Shown one piece after another: positions 39,688 to 48,831 of a stretch of DNA of 64,000 bases; positions within the stretch are counted from its first letter, which is position 1; every line of letters begins with the position of its first letter. Source of the stretch: Candidatus Binataceae bacterium (GTDB lineage Bacteria > Desulfobacterota > Binatia > Binatales > Binataceae). The notes under the pieces were generated by a model. It searched no databases. It worked only from the letters and a program-made list of their open reading frames with translations, and was not told where the DNA came from. The position numbers were made by a program, and so were the translations under genes. The stretch lies in the NCBI GenBank assembly GCA_030038355.1, contig JASHPB010000273.1:5183-69182 (forward strand), written 5' to 3'.

Positions 39688-40401
39688 TCAGGCATTTCTT
39701 CTCGCAACAAAAAGCTCACGTTGCCATGGGTCAACGATGATTTTCGCGTCGAAACCGACCTCCGCTAGAAGGCACAGCCAATCAGCTCTTGCGAACAATC
39801 CTTCGATGTGGCGATCGTGAACGACGCGAATCTCGCCATTCGCTTCGCGCATCGCGATTACCAGGTCAACGGTGTAGGTCGAGTCGGCGGGATCCGGATC
39901 ATAAGTCCAGTCCAGATATCGCACGCCGCGCGCGCCGGAATCATAACCTCCATGCTTTGTGTCCGCGACAAAGATCTCGCGAACGAAGTCCGGCATGAAG
40001 AGCGTAACGCCGCCGACTCTGCAGTGTTCGAATGCGGTCTTCATCGCGGCCCGCAGGTCGGCCTCGGACGTCATGTAACAGATCGCATCATGAACCAAGA
40101 CCGCGTCGAAGGTGCGACCGAGCCGCACGGTCCGCATGTCTCCCTCGATGTGTTCGCTATTAGGATTCAGCTTCCGGCTTACCGCGAGCATGTGCGGCGA
40201 TACGTCGACCAGCGCGAGCGAGTAGTGAGCACTCAGATGCGAGGCGTTGTTACCGCCGCCGGAGCCCAGTTCAAGCATATTCTTAGCTGAGCCCTTAACC
40301 CAACCATCGAGTACTTTGCGAATGAAGTCTGCCTCAGAGGCGTAATGCAAAGGTTCCGAGAACAATGGCCACCATTCAGCCAGCTCGCTATATAGCTTCA
40401 T
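39688..40401 (-). CDS. Class I SAM-dependent methyltransferase
   Basis: MLELGSGGGNN motif I, and DAVLVHDAICYM. I prefer ATG 40401 (MKLYSELAEWW...). Confidence 0.8.
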   Translation of the reverse strand: MKLYSELAEWWPLFSEPLHYASEADFIRKVLDGWVKGSAKNMLELGSGGGNNASHLSAHYSLALVDVSPHMLAVSRKLNPNSEHIEGDMRTVRLGRTFDAVLVHDAICYMTSEADLRAAMKTAFEHCRVGGVTLFMPDFVREIFVADTKHGGYDSGARGVRYLDWTYDPDPADSTYTVDLVIAMREANGEIRVVHDRHIEGLFARADWLCLLAEVGFDAKIIVDPWQRELFVARRNA

Positions 40402-40622
40402 TCTTGGGGAGCCTCTCAATTCTTTGCTGGTGCTAAAGAAATAGAACACCCCTCAATTTATTACCGAACGCGTAAACTTTTCAGCCTCGTCGCGGGCACG
40501 GGTTGCCGGCGTAGAGAGAATATCGTGATTTGGAGGCCAATCTTCGAGCCCGCGGTGACGTCGCCAATGGCGCGCGAATTGCGTTCCAGCCATTGGTATC
40601 GGGCTCTGCGAGGTCGGATTGC

Positions 40623-41428
40623 ATGGTTCAGATCTATCGAGAGCCGTCCGAATATGACCTTGAGCATTTGGGAGACGAAGCTGACATCCGCTTCTATGTA
40701 GGCTCGCGCGGACGCTCAAGCCGAGGAACGTCCTGGAACTCGCTTGCGGTACAGGGTGCATCACCATTCCGCTGGCGAGGCAAGGTGCGCACACCGGCTT
40801 CATTGTCGTCGGTCTCGATCGCGAAACGAGGATGCTGAAGGAGGCGCGCGATAAGATCAGACGGTTGCCATCCACCACGCGTCATCGGATCAGGCTTGTG
40901 CGTGGTGACATGCGCAGATGGCTGGATCGCGAGCGCATCGATCTGGTCATCATACCGTGACGGATCGATCACTTATCTGCTCGACCTGCGCGAGCAATTG
41001 AGTGTTTGGCGCCATTCCTTCGAAAATCTCGCGCCGGGTGGACGATTCGTGGTCGACACGACGATGCCCAACTTTGCGGCCTACGCGGATTCGTTCGCAA
41101 ATCCACCTAGGACGCTGGTTGAGGTCGATCACGACGCCACTGGGGAGGCCAGAAAAATCAGGCTGGTGCGGCGTCGCACGGTCACTTACCTGCCCGATGA
41201 ACAGCGCGCATAGATTCGCTTTTTATACGAGAAGTATCGGCGCAACAAGGTAGTGGAGAGCCGAATCGATGACTTTGAGAGTCATGTCTATTTCCGCGCG
41301 AGCTCCAGCTGCTCTTCATTCATCAGGGATTCGAGCTGGAGCACGTATTCGCTGATTATGAACGCCGGCCGCTGGGCGCGAATTCACAGCAAGTAATCAT
41401 GATCGCGAGAAAACCAATCGGAGTATGA
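40623..41428 (+). pseudogene. Class I SAM-dependent methyltransferase, multiply disrupted
   Basis: Colinear pieces sit in different frames. In order they are MVQIYREPSEYDLEHLGDEADIRFYV, then LARTLKPRNVLELACGTGCITIPLARQG...DLVIIP*, then SITYLLDLREQLSVWRHSFENLAPGGRFVVDT...DEQRA* (TAG 41211-41213), then IRFLYEKY...HVYF, then PRELQLLFIHQGFELEHVFADYERRP. Confidence 0.75.
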
Positions 41429-41562
41429 GCGGTTGAAGACTTTGTCGCGCAATCCAACTGCACCACGATTATCGATGGCAACACAGTCACCATCTCAGCC
41501 TGAAAAAACAGGAGGTGCAATCGTACTTCGAGAATGAACAGTACGCGCTGATCTGAATCGCA

Positions 41563-42490
41563 ATGCCGATCTGTCTTTTTCTGATTTCTACCGCGGCACT
41601 GTACTTCGGCCGGACTGTACTCCTCCCTTTGGCGCTGGTTGCCGTTCTAAGCCACGTATTCAGTTCGCTGGCCGCCCGGCTCGAGCGATGGTGCGGCAGA
41701 ATCTTTGAGCGCTGCGCTAGTGGCAATCCTGATCGTTGGACTAATCGGATCGATTGGATATTTCCTCACCATCGAATTGACCACGGTCGCCGGCCAGGTT
41801 GCCGGGTATTCGACAAATGTGGCGAATAAAATTGCGCTGATTGAGAAAAAGATACCGCCCTGGCTCGAGATTATCAAGCAAGGAGTGTCCAACGTTCAAA
41901 AACGTCTTGACAAAGTCAATCGCGCCCACCCGCCTCGTACAATAGTCGCACAGCCGGAATCGGCATCGCTAACGCAAAGGTTGAAGCCGATCATTCCGAT
42001 ATTGCAAACCCTCATCGGCGTGCTGCTGACGATAGTGCTTGCATTCTTCCTGCTCTACAGCCGCAAAGACATGCGCGATCGGATCGTGCAACTCGGAGCT
42101 CGCGCCCGCATACCAATAGCGTCGGACGCGATTAATACGATGACCGACACGGTTGGCCACTACCTGTTCCTCTTTATGTTGATTAACGCGACCTTCGGCA
42201 TAGCAACTGGTAAGCTTTGCTGGCTTCTCGGTTTGCCCAGCGCAGCCCTTTGGGGTCTGATCGCGTTCATCTTAAGATTCATTCCTTACGTCGGCGCAAC
42301 CGGAGCGGCGTGCCTGCCGACACTCGTCGCATTCGCGATTTTCCCAGGACGGAGTAAGGCACTCGAGATCCTGAGCGCCTTCATCATACTTGATCAGTTC
42401 GCAGGACAAATCGCCGAGCCATTCATAATCGGCCGCGGCGTTGGCGTATCGAGTCGTATGGCCAAGCGCTTATCAGCCCAAATCGGTTGA
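41563..42490 (+). pseudogene. AI-2E (PerM/UPF0118) family transporter, frameshifted and 3'-truncated
   Basis: The N-terminus MPICLFLISTAALYFGRTVLLPLALVAVLSHVFSSLAARLERW is in one frame. The rest (SAALVAILIVGLIG...FIPYVGATGAACLPTLVAF...IIGRGVGVS) is in another, with the shift near the TTT run at about 41700. The last ~60-70 aa (final TM helices) are absent in all frames. Confidence 0.7.
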
Positions 42491-42700
42491 TTCCGAGTAG
42501 TTGCCCAGCGCGATGCGCCGGCGATCGGAAACAATTACCGCCTCGCGGACATATCGGTCACTCGTCTTTGCCCGCAAGATCGTCAGATCTCAAAACAGAA
42601 TTCAAAAGGATTCAATTGCCAGCTTTTTGCTATGCCGGCCCGATGGCACAAGTGATGCTAACTCATTGAAGCAGTAACTCCATTCGTATAGGAGGGGCTT

Positions 42701-43061
42701 ATGAAAATCATCGAGACGTTTGGGCTAGCTTCGGTAGCTTTGTCGGCAGCGACTTTCGTTGCGTGCCGCCAGTCAAATAAACAGTGGTATGGTTCCTCAC
42801 AAATTGATCGTCGCTGGCAACGAGCACTCCGTGCCGCTCTACCCGGACGAACAAAGCTATTTGCAAGTATCGCGGCAGAAGCAGGAGGGGGGCATCGAGG
42901 GGATGGTCGGCAAGGTCGCCAAGTCTTTCCATGCCAAAGAGATCGATGACCAGACACCGGTCGACGTAATTTCTTCCGACGACAATGCCGCTTTGGTCAA
43001 AATATCGCAAGGCCCTACGAAGGGGCAGACTGCTTTCGCGGCCAAACAAAATGTCGATTGA
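42701..43061 (+). pseudogene. Small lipoprotein gene with a frameshift just after the lipobox
   Basis: GGAGGGG lies 6 nt before ATG 42701. MKIIETFGLASVALSAATFVAC (lipobox) is followed by a nonsense-like frame. The coherent remainder (SGMVPHKLIVAGNEHSVPLYPDEQSYLQV...) is in the +1 frame, with the junction in the A-rich TCAAATAAACAG at about 42770-42785. Confidence 0.55.
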
Positions 43062-43080
43062 GGTCCGCCTTTCTCAGCAT

Positions 43081-44865
43081 CTAGGGCTCAGGATGAACCT
43101 TCTGAACCTTTGAGGGTATAGCGGATAGAGCCGGCAGGTTCGGCATTTTAGAGTCGAGCAGAGTCAGCGCGAGGGGTGTGACATCGAGCTGTGAGGGTCC
43201 GCGATGATGCGCGACGTTTACAACCAGTTTTTGCAGTACGCGGCCGCTGCACCTGCCGCATGCGACAATAAGTGGGATATGGCTGTCCTGATCGGAAGGG
43301 CTGCCGTGCCAGGAGTGGTAAAGCCCGGAGAAATAATATCGATCCTCGATGGGTCGATTGAGCCCTGACTTGGCGAGCAAGAGTATGTCGCCGGCGCGAT
43401 CGCCGTGTGGTCCAGCGCTGAGCCATCGCATGCGGCGATTCAGTTGCAGAAGATCCGGCCGCGGATGATCTTCCAGGTAGTCTTCAATCTCCACCAGCCT
43501 GTGTCCGTCGAAGATACGATAAGGCGCCGCGGTCCTGTCAGGCGGGCGAGGTTCGCGCGCGAAAATCAGGTCCAATGTTCCCTTGAGTTTCGGACTGCCT
43601 TCACCCGTCTCGTTGGCGCGGTAGAAGGCGCGCGCCGCGGGCAACACGTCTTGCTTGAAGCGAGGAGCTTTTTTCCAGTCGCACTTGTCACCGGGATTCG
43701 GACACGTGGAACGGTCAGCCAGATACACGTAGGCGATAGCGCCCTGGTAGGCGAATGCAACCTGGTAGTCCTGCTCGTTGACAGGTGGATCGAGCACAAA
43801 AGGCCGCGGCCGAAATCCGATCTTCTTCATCAGCGGCGCGGGGCCGTCCGCCGATTGGGAGTCAAGCGCGTGCTGTTCGTCGTGCCTGACGGGAGTATGC
43901 CCGTGATCGGCGACGATCATGACATAGGTCTCGTCCAACACGCCGCGCTTTCGATACTCGTCAAGAATCGTTCCGACCAGAGGATCAGTAACTTTCTCGA
44001 GATAGTTAATTTCCATCGGTAGAGGGTCTGGCGCCAGGTGCGTATACAGATCGATTCCTGGAAAGTACACGGTCTGCAACCGCGGCACGCCGTGCTGGTT
44101 GAAGGCGTCGATAATCTTCGGAACTGAATCGATATCGATCTTTGCATACATCGCCTTCTTGACGCCCTTTTCACTCAGGGCCTTGCCGGCGACAAAGTCC
44201 GACATGATGCCCACGAATGAAGTCGGCTCAATCGCGGTGAACACATCCGCGCCGCGATAGACCGCATTCAACGATACCGCAGACTGAACCCCGGCCAGAT
44301 CGTATAGCGTTGGACACATCACCGAATTGCCTACAAGGTCCCCGGTGATCATCTTGGTCATGTCTGGCGTATCTGAGATGGACACGGGTGCGGGCGCATA
44401 GAATTGCATTTTCTCTCGTGCGAACCATTCATTGCCTGTGACACCGGTGTACGCAGGTGGTTCGCCGCTGAAAATTGATGACCATGCCGCCATCGTAGTG
44501 GACGGCAAGATGCTTATCGCTTCCGGTGCGGAATAAGCGTGCTCATAGACACCATTGCCGAGGTCGGCGCCGAGTAGACCGCTTAGGTTCGGTGCGTTGC
44601 CGGACTTGATCGCCGCCATCAGTTGATCGTAGCCGGCGCCATCGAAACCGAAGATCAGAACGTGAGGTCCCGAGGATGGCGGATGTTCTTCCTCGGTGGC
44701 GGGCCGCTCGCCGCCTTGCAGCAACATTCTGGTCGTAGGTGTGCAGGAGCTCATCGTGAAAACGAGGATTGAAGCGACCGTCAGCAGAAAGGTGCCAAAG
44801 ACTCGACATGAATCTAAGCTAGTGCAGTGCTCTCGTAACAAGCGCATCACGATCGATCGTACCAT
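43081..44865 (-). CDS. Alkaline-phosphatase-superfamily lipoprotein (type I phosphodiesterase/nucleotide pyrophosphatase-like)
   Basis: HVLIFGFDGAGYD (metal/nucleophile region), ILPSTTMAAWSSIFSG, VADHGHTP, SWHGS. Probable lipoprotein signal ...LVFTMSSC. The start is ATG 44865 or 44847. The ORF-track start at 45123 adds 86 implausible residues. Confidence 0.8.
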   Translation of the reverse strand: MVRSIVMRLLREHCTSLDSCRVFGTFLLTVASILVFTMSSCTPTTRMLLQGGERPATEEEHPPSSGPHVLIFGFDGAGYDQLMAAIKSGNAPNLSGLLGADLGNGVYEHAYSAPEAISILPSTTMAAWSSIFSGEPPAYTGVTGNEWFAREKMQFYAPAPVSISDTPDMTKMITGDLVGNSVMCPTLYDLAGVQSAVSLNAVYRGADVFTAIEPTSFVGIMSDFVAGKALSEKGVKKAMYAKIDIDSVPKIIDAFNQHGVPRLQTVYFPGIDLYTHLAPDPLPMEINYLEKVTDPLVGTILDEYRKRGVLDETYVMIVADHGHTPVRHDEQHALDSQSADGPAPLMKKIGFRPRPFVLDPPVNEQDYQVAFAYQGAIAYVYLADRSTCPNPGDKCDWKKAPRFKQDVLPAARAFYRANETGEGSPKLKGTLDLIFAREPRPPDRTAAPYRIFDGHRLVEIEDYLEDHPRPDLLQLNRRMRWLSAGPHGDRAGDILLLAKSGLNRPIEDRYYFSGLYHSWHGSPSDQDSHIPLIVACGRCSGRVLQKLVVNVAHHRGPSQLDVTPLALTLLDSKMPNLPALSAIPSKVQKVHPEP

Positions 44866-45167
44866 TGAACAAAAATCTGATCGCGCGAATATGGGTTGCG
44901 CGATTGCTTGACTTTGGTGTGCCGAGTCAGTTTTAGGAATAACCGGCTCAAATGAGAATCGTGAAAAGACTCGCGAATGCAAGAAAAGCGTCGACATTTG
45001 CCGGTTCGGCTCAAAATCAGTACTCTTATTGAGGATTTTCAACACGATCGGGTCCGTTTCATGGCGGTTCGATCGGCCTAGCATTTCCTGCAACGTAGAT
45101 AGGCGATGCAGTGGCGGTGACAAAGTCGGGCACCGTCGAATCTCTGTGCTTCTAAAGGTTTAGCAAT

Positions 45168-45324
45168 ATCCTAGGCACCATTTTCCTGATCGTTCCAGTA
45201 GTCCTGCTAGTCGGTTCGCTTCCCGCTTATCCTTATGGCGCTGGATAGGGCTATTTTTCGAGCGGCTGCTCTCGGAACCATATTGGTCATATGCCTTATC
45301 CTCGTTCTGTTAGGCCGAATCTGA
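45168..45324 (+). pseudogene. DUF3309-like small membrane protein remnant
   Basis: (I)LGTIFLIVPVVLLVGSLPAYPYGAG*GYFSSG, then AALGTILVICLILVLLGRI* in the +1 frame. ATC sits where the start should be (AAAGG lies 9 nt upstream). TAG 45246-45248 sits where I recall a conserved Trp. Confidence 0.5.
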
Positions 45325-45362
45325 ATCCGGGTCTAATCTCAAATTAGTCGGCAAGGTAGATA

Positions 45363-45443
45363 ATGCGTTATCTAATCGCATGTATATTAGGAGTTCCGCT
45401 AGGCATCATTGTAATCTGGTTCCTCATAGCTCACTTACTCTAA
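45363..45443 (+). CDS. Possible 26-aa hydrophobic peptide (below the ORF-track size cutoff)
   Basis: ATG...TAA encoding MRYLIACILGVPLGIIVIWFLIAHLL, a single TM-like helix. AAGG lies upstream. No family assigned. Confidence 0.35.
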   Translation: MRYLIACILGVPLGIIVIWFLIAHLL

Positions 45444-45470
45444 TTTTTCTTATTGCTCGGGCCGGCAGAG

Positions 45471-45926
45471 ATGATCGCGCGAATGTCAATATCTTCTTCA
45501 ATCGTAGGTATGGTGCTGTGTCTGTCTCATTGGCCCCACTCCTTGCGCAATCACTCGACGAGCCTAACCGTTCAACGAGCCGAGCCCCTACCAGCTCAAC
45601 GAGCCGATCGAAGATCATCGTCGGTCGTGAGTCCTGGTGCGGTCCAGGTCTGGATGGACAGAAAACCGCTACAGGAGGCCGCTTCGACTCTCGTAAACTG
45701 ACGGCGGCTTCGTCGGGGCTGCCACTTAATTCACGCGCGGTTGTGACAAATCTTAATAATGAGCGATCGGTAACAGTTAAGGTCAACGACTGTGGACCGG
45801 TCATGCCCGACCGCAAGATCGACTTATCCGAACAAGCCGCGCGCAGAGTGGGCATGCTTCATCAGGGCGTGGTTCCTGCCAAAGTCAAAGTCATCAATAA
45901 GCCAGCCAATCCTCGATATTGTATAA
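45471..45926 (+). pseudogene. RlpA-like (DPBB) lipoprotein/exported protein, apparently frameshifted; 3' end uncertain
   Basis: The DPBB core is SWCGPGLDGQKTATGGRFDSRKLTAASSGLPLNSRAVVTNLNNERSVTVKVNDCGPVMPDRKIDLSEQAARRVG. The only signal peptide (MIARMSISSSIVGMVLCLS) is in another frame, with the junction at about 45525-45530. The DPBB frame has no stop until 46462 and runs antisense into the kinase locus. Stops exist at 45924 and 45940 in the other frames. Confidence 0.45.
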
Positions 45927-45955
45927 GACTGACACGCGCTAGGGTGCAATCGCTC

Positions 45956-47755
45956 CTAGCTCGAGCGGTCAGGCAGCTCCTGCAGGCGGTCGACTTTTAC
46001 AGGCTTGGTCAGGTGATGATCAAGGCCGGCCGCGAGCGCACGCCGCTTGTCACTGTCCTGACCATAACCGGTGAGAGCGACCATCTTCATGCCTTTAGCG
46101 ACCGGGAGCGATCTGATTCGACGCGCAACCTCATAACCGTCGATTTCCGGCAGGCCGATATCCACCAGCGCGAGATCGAAGCGACCTTCGGCGGCGGCCT
46201 TCATAGCTGCCGTGCCTTCCGAAACTGTGATCGGCAGGTGGCCAAGCACTTCGAGCAGCATGCTGAGCGCTTCGGCCGCGTCGGTATTGTCCTCAACAAC
46301 CAGGATCTTGAGACGGCTGCCGATTTCTTCGAGCGTTCGATACTGGCAGTTCTTGCGCCAGCACCCGGCAGCAACGGTAACCTGACGGTGAAGGTACTGC
46401 CGAGGCCCGGGCCGTCGCTAGCCGCATCGACGCTGCCGCCATGTATTCGACCAGGCGCTTGACGAGAGTGAGTCCAATCCCCGGGCCGCCATGCGAACGA
46501 TCCAGTGAACGCTCGGCTTGCGCGAACAGATCGAATACGCGCGGCAGCAGGTCGGCGGAGATTCCGACGCCGCTGTCGTTCACCGAGAGAATGAGGGCGT
46601 TATCGCGGCAATCTGCACGGACATCGATACGTCCCGAAGGCGGTGTGAACTTAACCGCGTTATGGATGAGATTGCCGATAACTTGGCGCAGCCGCGCGGG
46701 ATCGGCGTCGAGTCGCCGTGCTGCCGCCTCCCACGCGATCTCAACATTGAGCTGATGGTGGCCAGGTATCACCAGACACTGCGCCTGCTCGATTGCCTGA
46801 TCGAGGATCGCGCCGAGGGCGATCGGTTCCTTTTTGAGCGCGATTTTCCCTTGAGTTATCCGGCCAACATCGAGCAAATCGTCCATCAGGCGAGCCAGTT
46901 GTTCCGCCTGCCGCCAGGCGATCGCGAGCGCGCGGTCGCGGCGCTCAGCATTGCCCTGCGCAGTCGCGACCGCGTCGAGGATGGCAGCGAGGGGGTTGCG
47001 CGGCTCATGCCCGAGCATTGCGAGAAACTCGTTCTTGCGGCAATCCGCCTCGGCGAGCTCTCCGATCGTCCGCTCGAGCAGCATCGCTTTCCGCTGCAGC
47101 AGACTTATTGAACGAAGGCGTTCGGCCGGGGTTGCAAGCGCGCGCTATAGCTCTCGGCCGGCAACACAGGACTATGCTGCTCGCATACCTTCAGAAACAA
47201 CGAGGCGTCCTGGTGGGCACCGAAGCCGTTCATTGGATACGCGCAGCAAAGGGAGAGCCGTCGGCTCGACAGGTACGCGTTCCAGATTTCCTCGAGCCGA
47301 ATTGCAGCGCGACGACTACCGCTCGCCCACAGCAGCGCCACCATCTCACCGAAGGCACGAACCTGTCCGTGACACGAAGCGCCTGTTACGACTCGGTCGA
47401 TTGTTTCCTTGAACAGCACCTCATCCGGCCAGTCATCGACCATAAATTTCGAAAGTGTCTCGTCAGCATCGTCAGCATCGAGGCATGCATAGCGGCCGTG
47501 GCGCTGCAGCATCGGGAGATCAACTCCGCTCCTGGCGAGCCGATCTTCCAACCCACGCTGATGCGCTTCGGTGCCGATGAAAATGCAGGCGCCGTTCATG
47601 CTCAACCCCTCGTCAAACCATCGGCTCAGCGAATCGAGGAGATAAGGGTCGTTTTCGTAGAACTGGACCAAGTGGGAATTCGATGCGACGGCATTCCAAT
47701 CGGTAGATGGGAAAAGCAATGTTCCTTTCGTTGTGAACAGATCACCGGAACTCAT
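45956..47755 (-). pseudogene. MEDS-HisKA-HATPase-REC hybrid sensor kinase split into three ORFs by frameshifts
   Basis: ORF 47105-47755 is a MEDS domain (HLVQFYENDPYLLDSL). ORF 46293-47084 has the H-box LAMLGHEPRNPL and NLIHNAVKFT, but after LVKRLVE the canonical HGGSVDAASDGPGLGSTFTVRLP is in another frame (junction at about 46441-46448). The receiver ORF 45956-46261 starts inside helix 1, and its KILVVEDNTDAAEAL (46286-46310) has no start codon. Confidence 0.75.
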
Positions 47756-48012
47756 TGGCTACCTCTCGCGGAGAGCGGGTCATCCACATGGTGTCGCAAT
47801 CAGCGAGGAACAGGAAATATAGCAACGTGCATGCCGAAAAATCGCGCACGGTGCCATGCACTTTGGCGGGCGAGTGAGGAGAAGTTCCCAAATTTTGGGA
47901 AAAATTACCGAGCAGAACCGCGTGCCGGCTAGCTGCCTTACGTTCGTGCGTCCTCCGCGCAAACTGACCGATCGCTGGCGGTCACTCTTCGGCCGGGTAT
48001 ATTTGGAGTATT

Positions 48013-48405
48013 ATGCCCGGCGAGTTCGAAGACCCACACATCCTGGTCGTCGAAGACGATGAGGACGCGCGCGAGGCTCTGGTCGCGCTTTTGCAGATGA
48101 GTGGTTATCATGCTGTACCCGCGGGCAATGGCCGGGAGGCACTTGAGTATCTGCGGCAGGCGCGCATACCGGATTTGATCATCCTGGATTTGTGGATGCC
48201 GATCATGAACGGCTGGCAGTTTCGCGAAGAGCAGATGAAGGACCCTCGGCTGGCGGAGGTCCCGGTGATTGTCGTCACGGCACTCAGTGATCGGACTAAT
48301 GTGAGCGCCAACGAAGTAATCATAAAGCCGGTCGACGTGGACCGCCTGCTTAGCTCCGTGAGCCACTACTGCGGCCGGGAGAAAACCCATGACCCCGGCA
48401 GCTAA
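48013..48405 (+). CDS. Single-domain response regulator
   Basis: 130 aa with ILVVEDDEDAREAL, IILDLWMPIMNG, and IIKPVD. Confidence 0.85.
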   Translation: MPGEFEDPHILVVEDDEDAREALVALLQMSGYHAVPAGNGREALEYLRQARIPDLIILDLWMPIMNGWQFREEQMKDPRLAEVPVIVVTALSDRTNVSANEVIIKPVDVDRLLSSVSHYCGREKTHDPGS

Positions 48406-48796
48406 ACGCAATTCTCGCGACGAGCGGGAAATCGAGGACCTTGAGCAGCGCGAAGCAAAGGCGCTTCATGCGGCCGATATCGCGAGCCTGCAGGCACTCT
48501 GGGCGGATGATCTGATTGTCAACAGCACTGCAAACCTGATTGCCGGCAAGCAGATCCTGCTTGAGATGGTCAAAAGCGGCGCGCTCAGGCTAAAGAGCTA
48601 CGAACGCCGGCCGGTCCGAATTGCGACCAGCGGTGATCTCGCGGTCTGCACGGGCAACGAGGTTTCTCAAGTCGATGCGCAAGCCGCGATCTACAAATTG
48701 TTCGTCAGCTATATGAACGTGTGGGCCAAGCGCCCATCGGGATGGCAATTGGTTGCGCGCCACGTCGGCCTCATCGAAAGAGTCACGACTCAGTAG
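48389..48796 (+). CDS. NTF2-like / DUF4440-type protein
   Basis: 135 aa with LQALWADDLIVNS, and SYMNVWAKRPSGWQLVARH typical of SnoaL/DUF4440 folds. It overlaps the receiver gene by 17 nt. Confidence 0.65.
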   Translation: MTPAAKRNSRDEREIEDLEQREAKALHAADIASLQALWADDLIVNSTANLIAGKQILLEMVKSGALRLKSYERRPVRIATSGDLAVCTGNEVSQVDAQAAIYKLFVSYMNVWAKRPSGWQLVARHVGLIERVTTQ

Positions 48797-48831
48797 AACC
48801 GCTTCGTCCCGGTTCGTCGCCAATGAATGCA

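Noticed and set aside
45380-46462. 360-aa plus-strand ORF taken at face value
   Set aside because: Only about 45530-45900 is RlpA/DPBB-like. The N-terminal 45 codons are non-coding-like, and everything past about 45930 is antisense to the kinase/receiver locus. I reinterpreted it as a disrupted RlpA-like gene.
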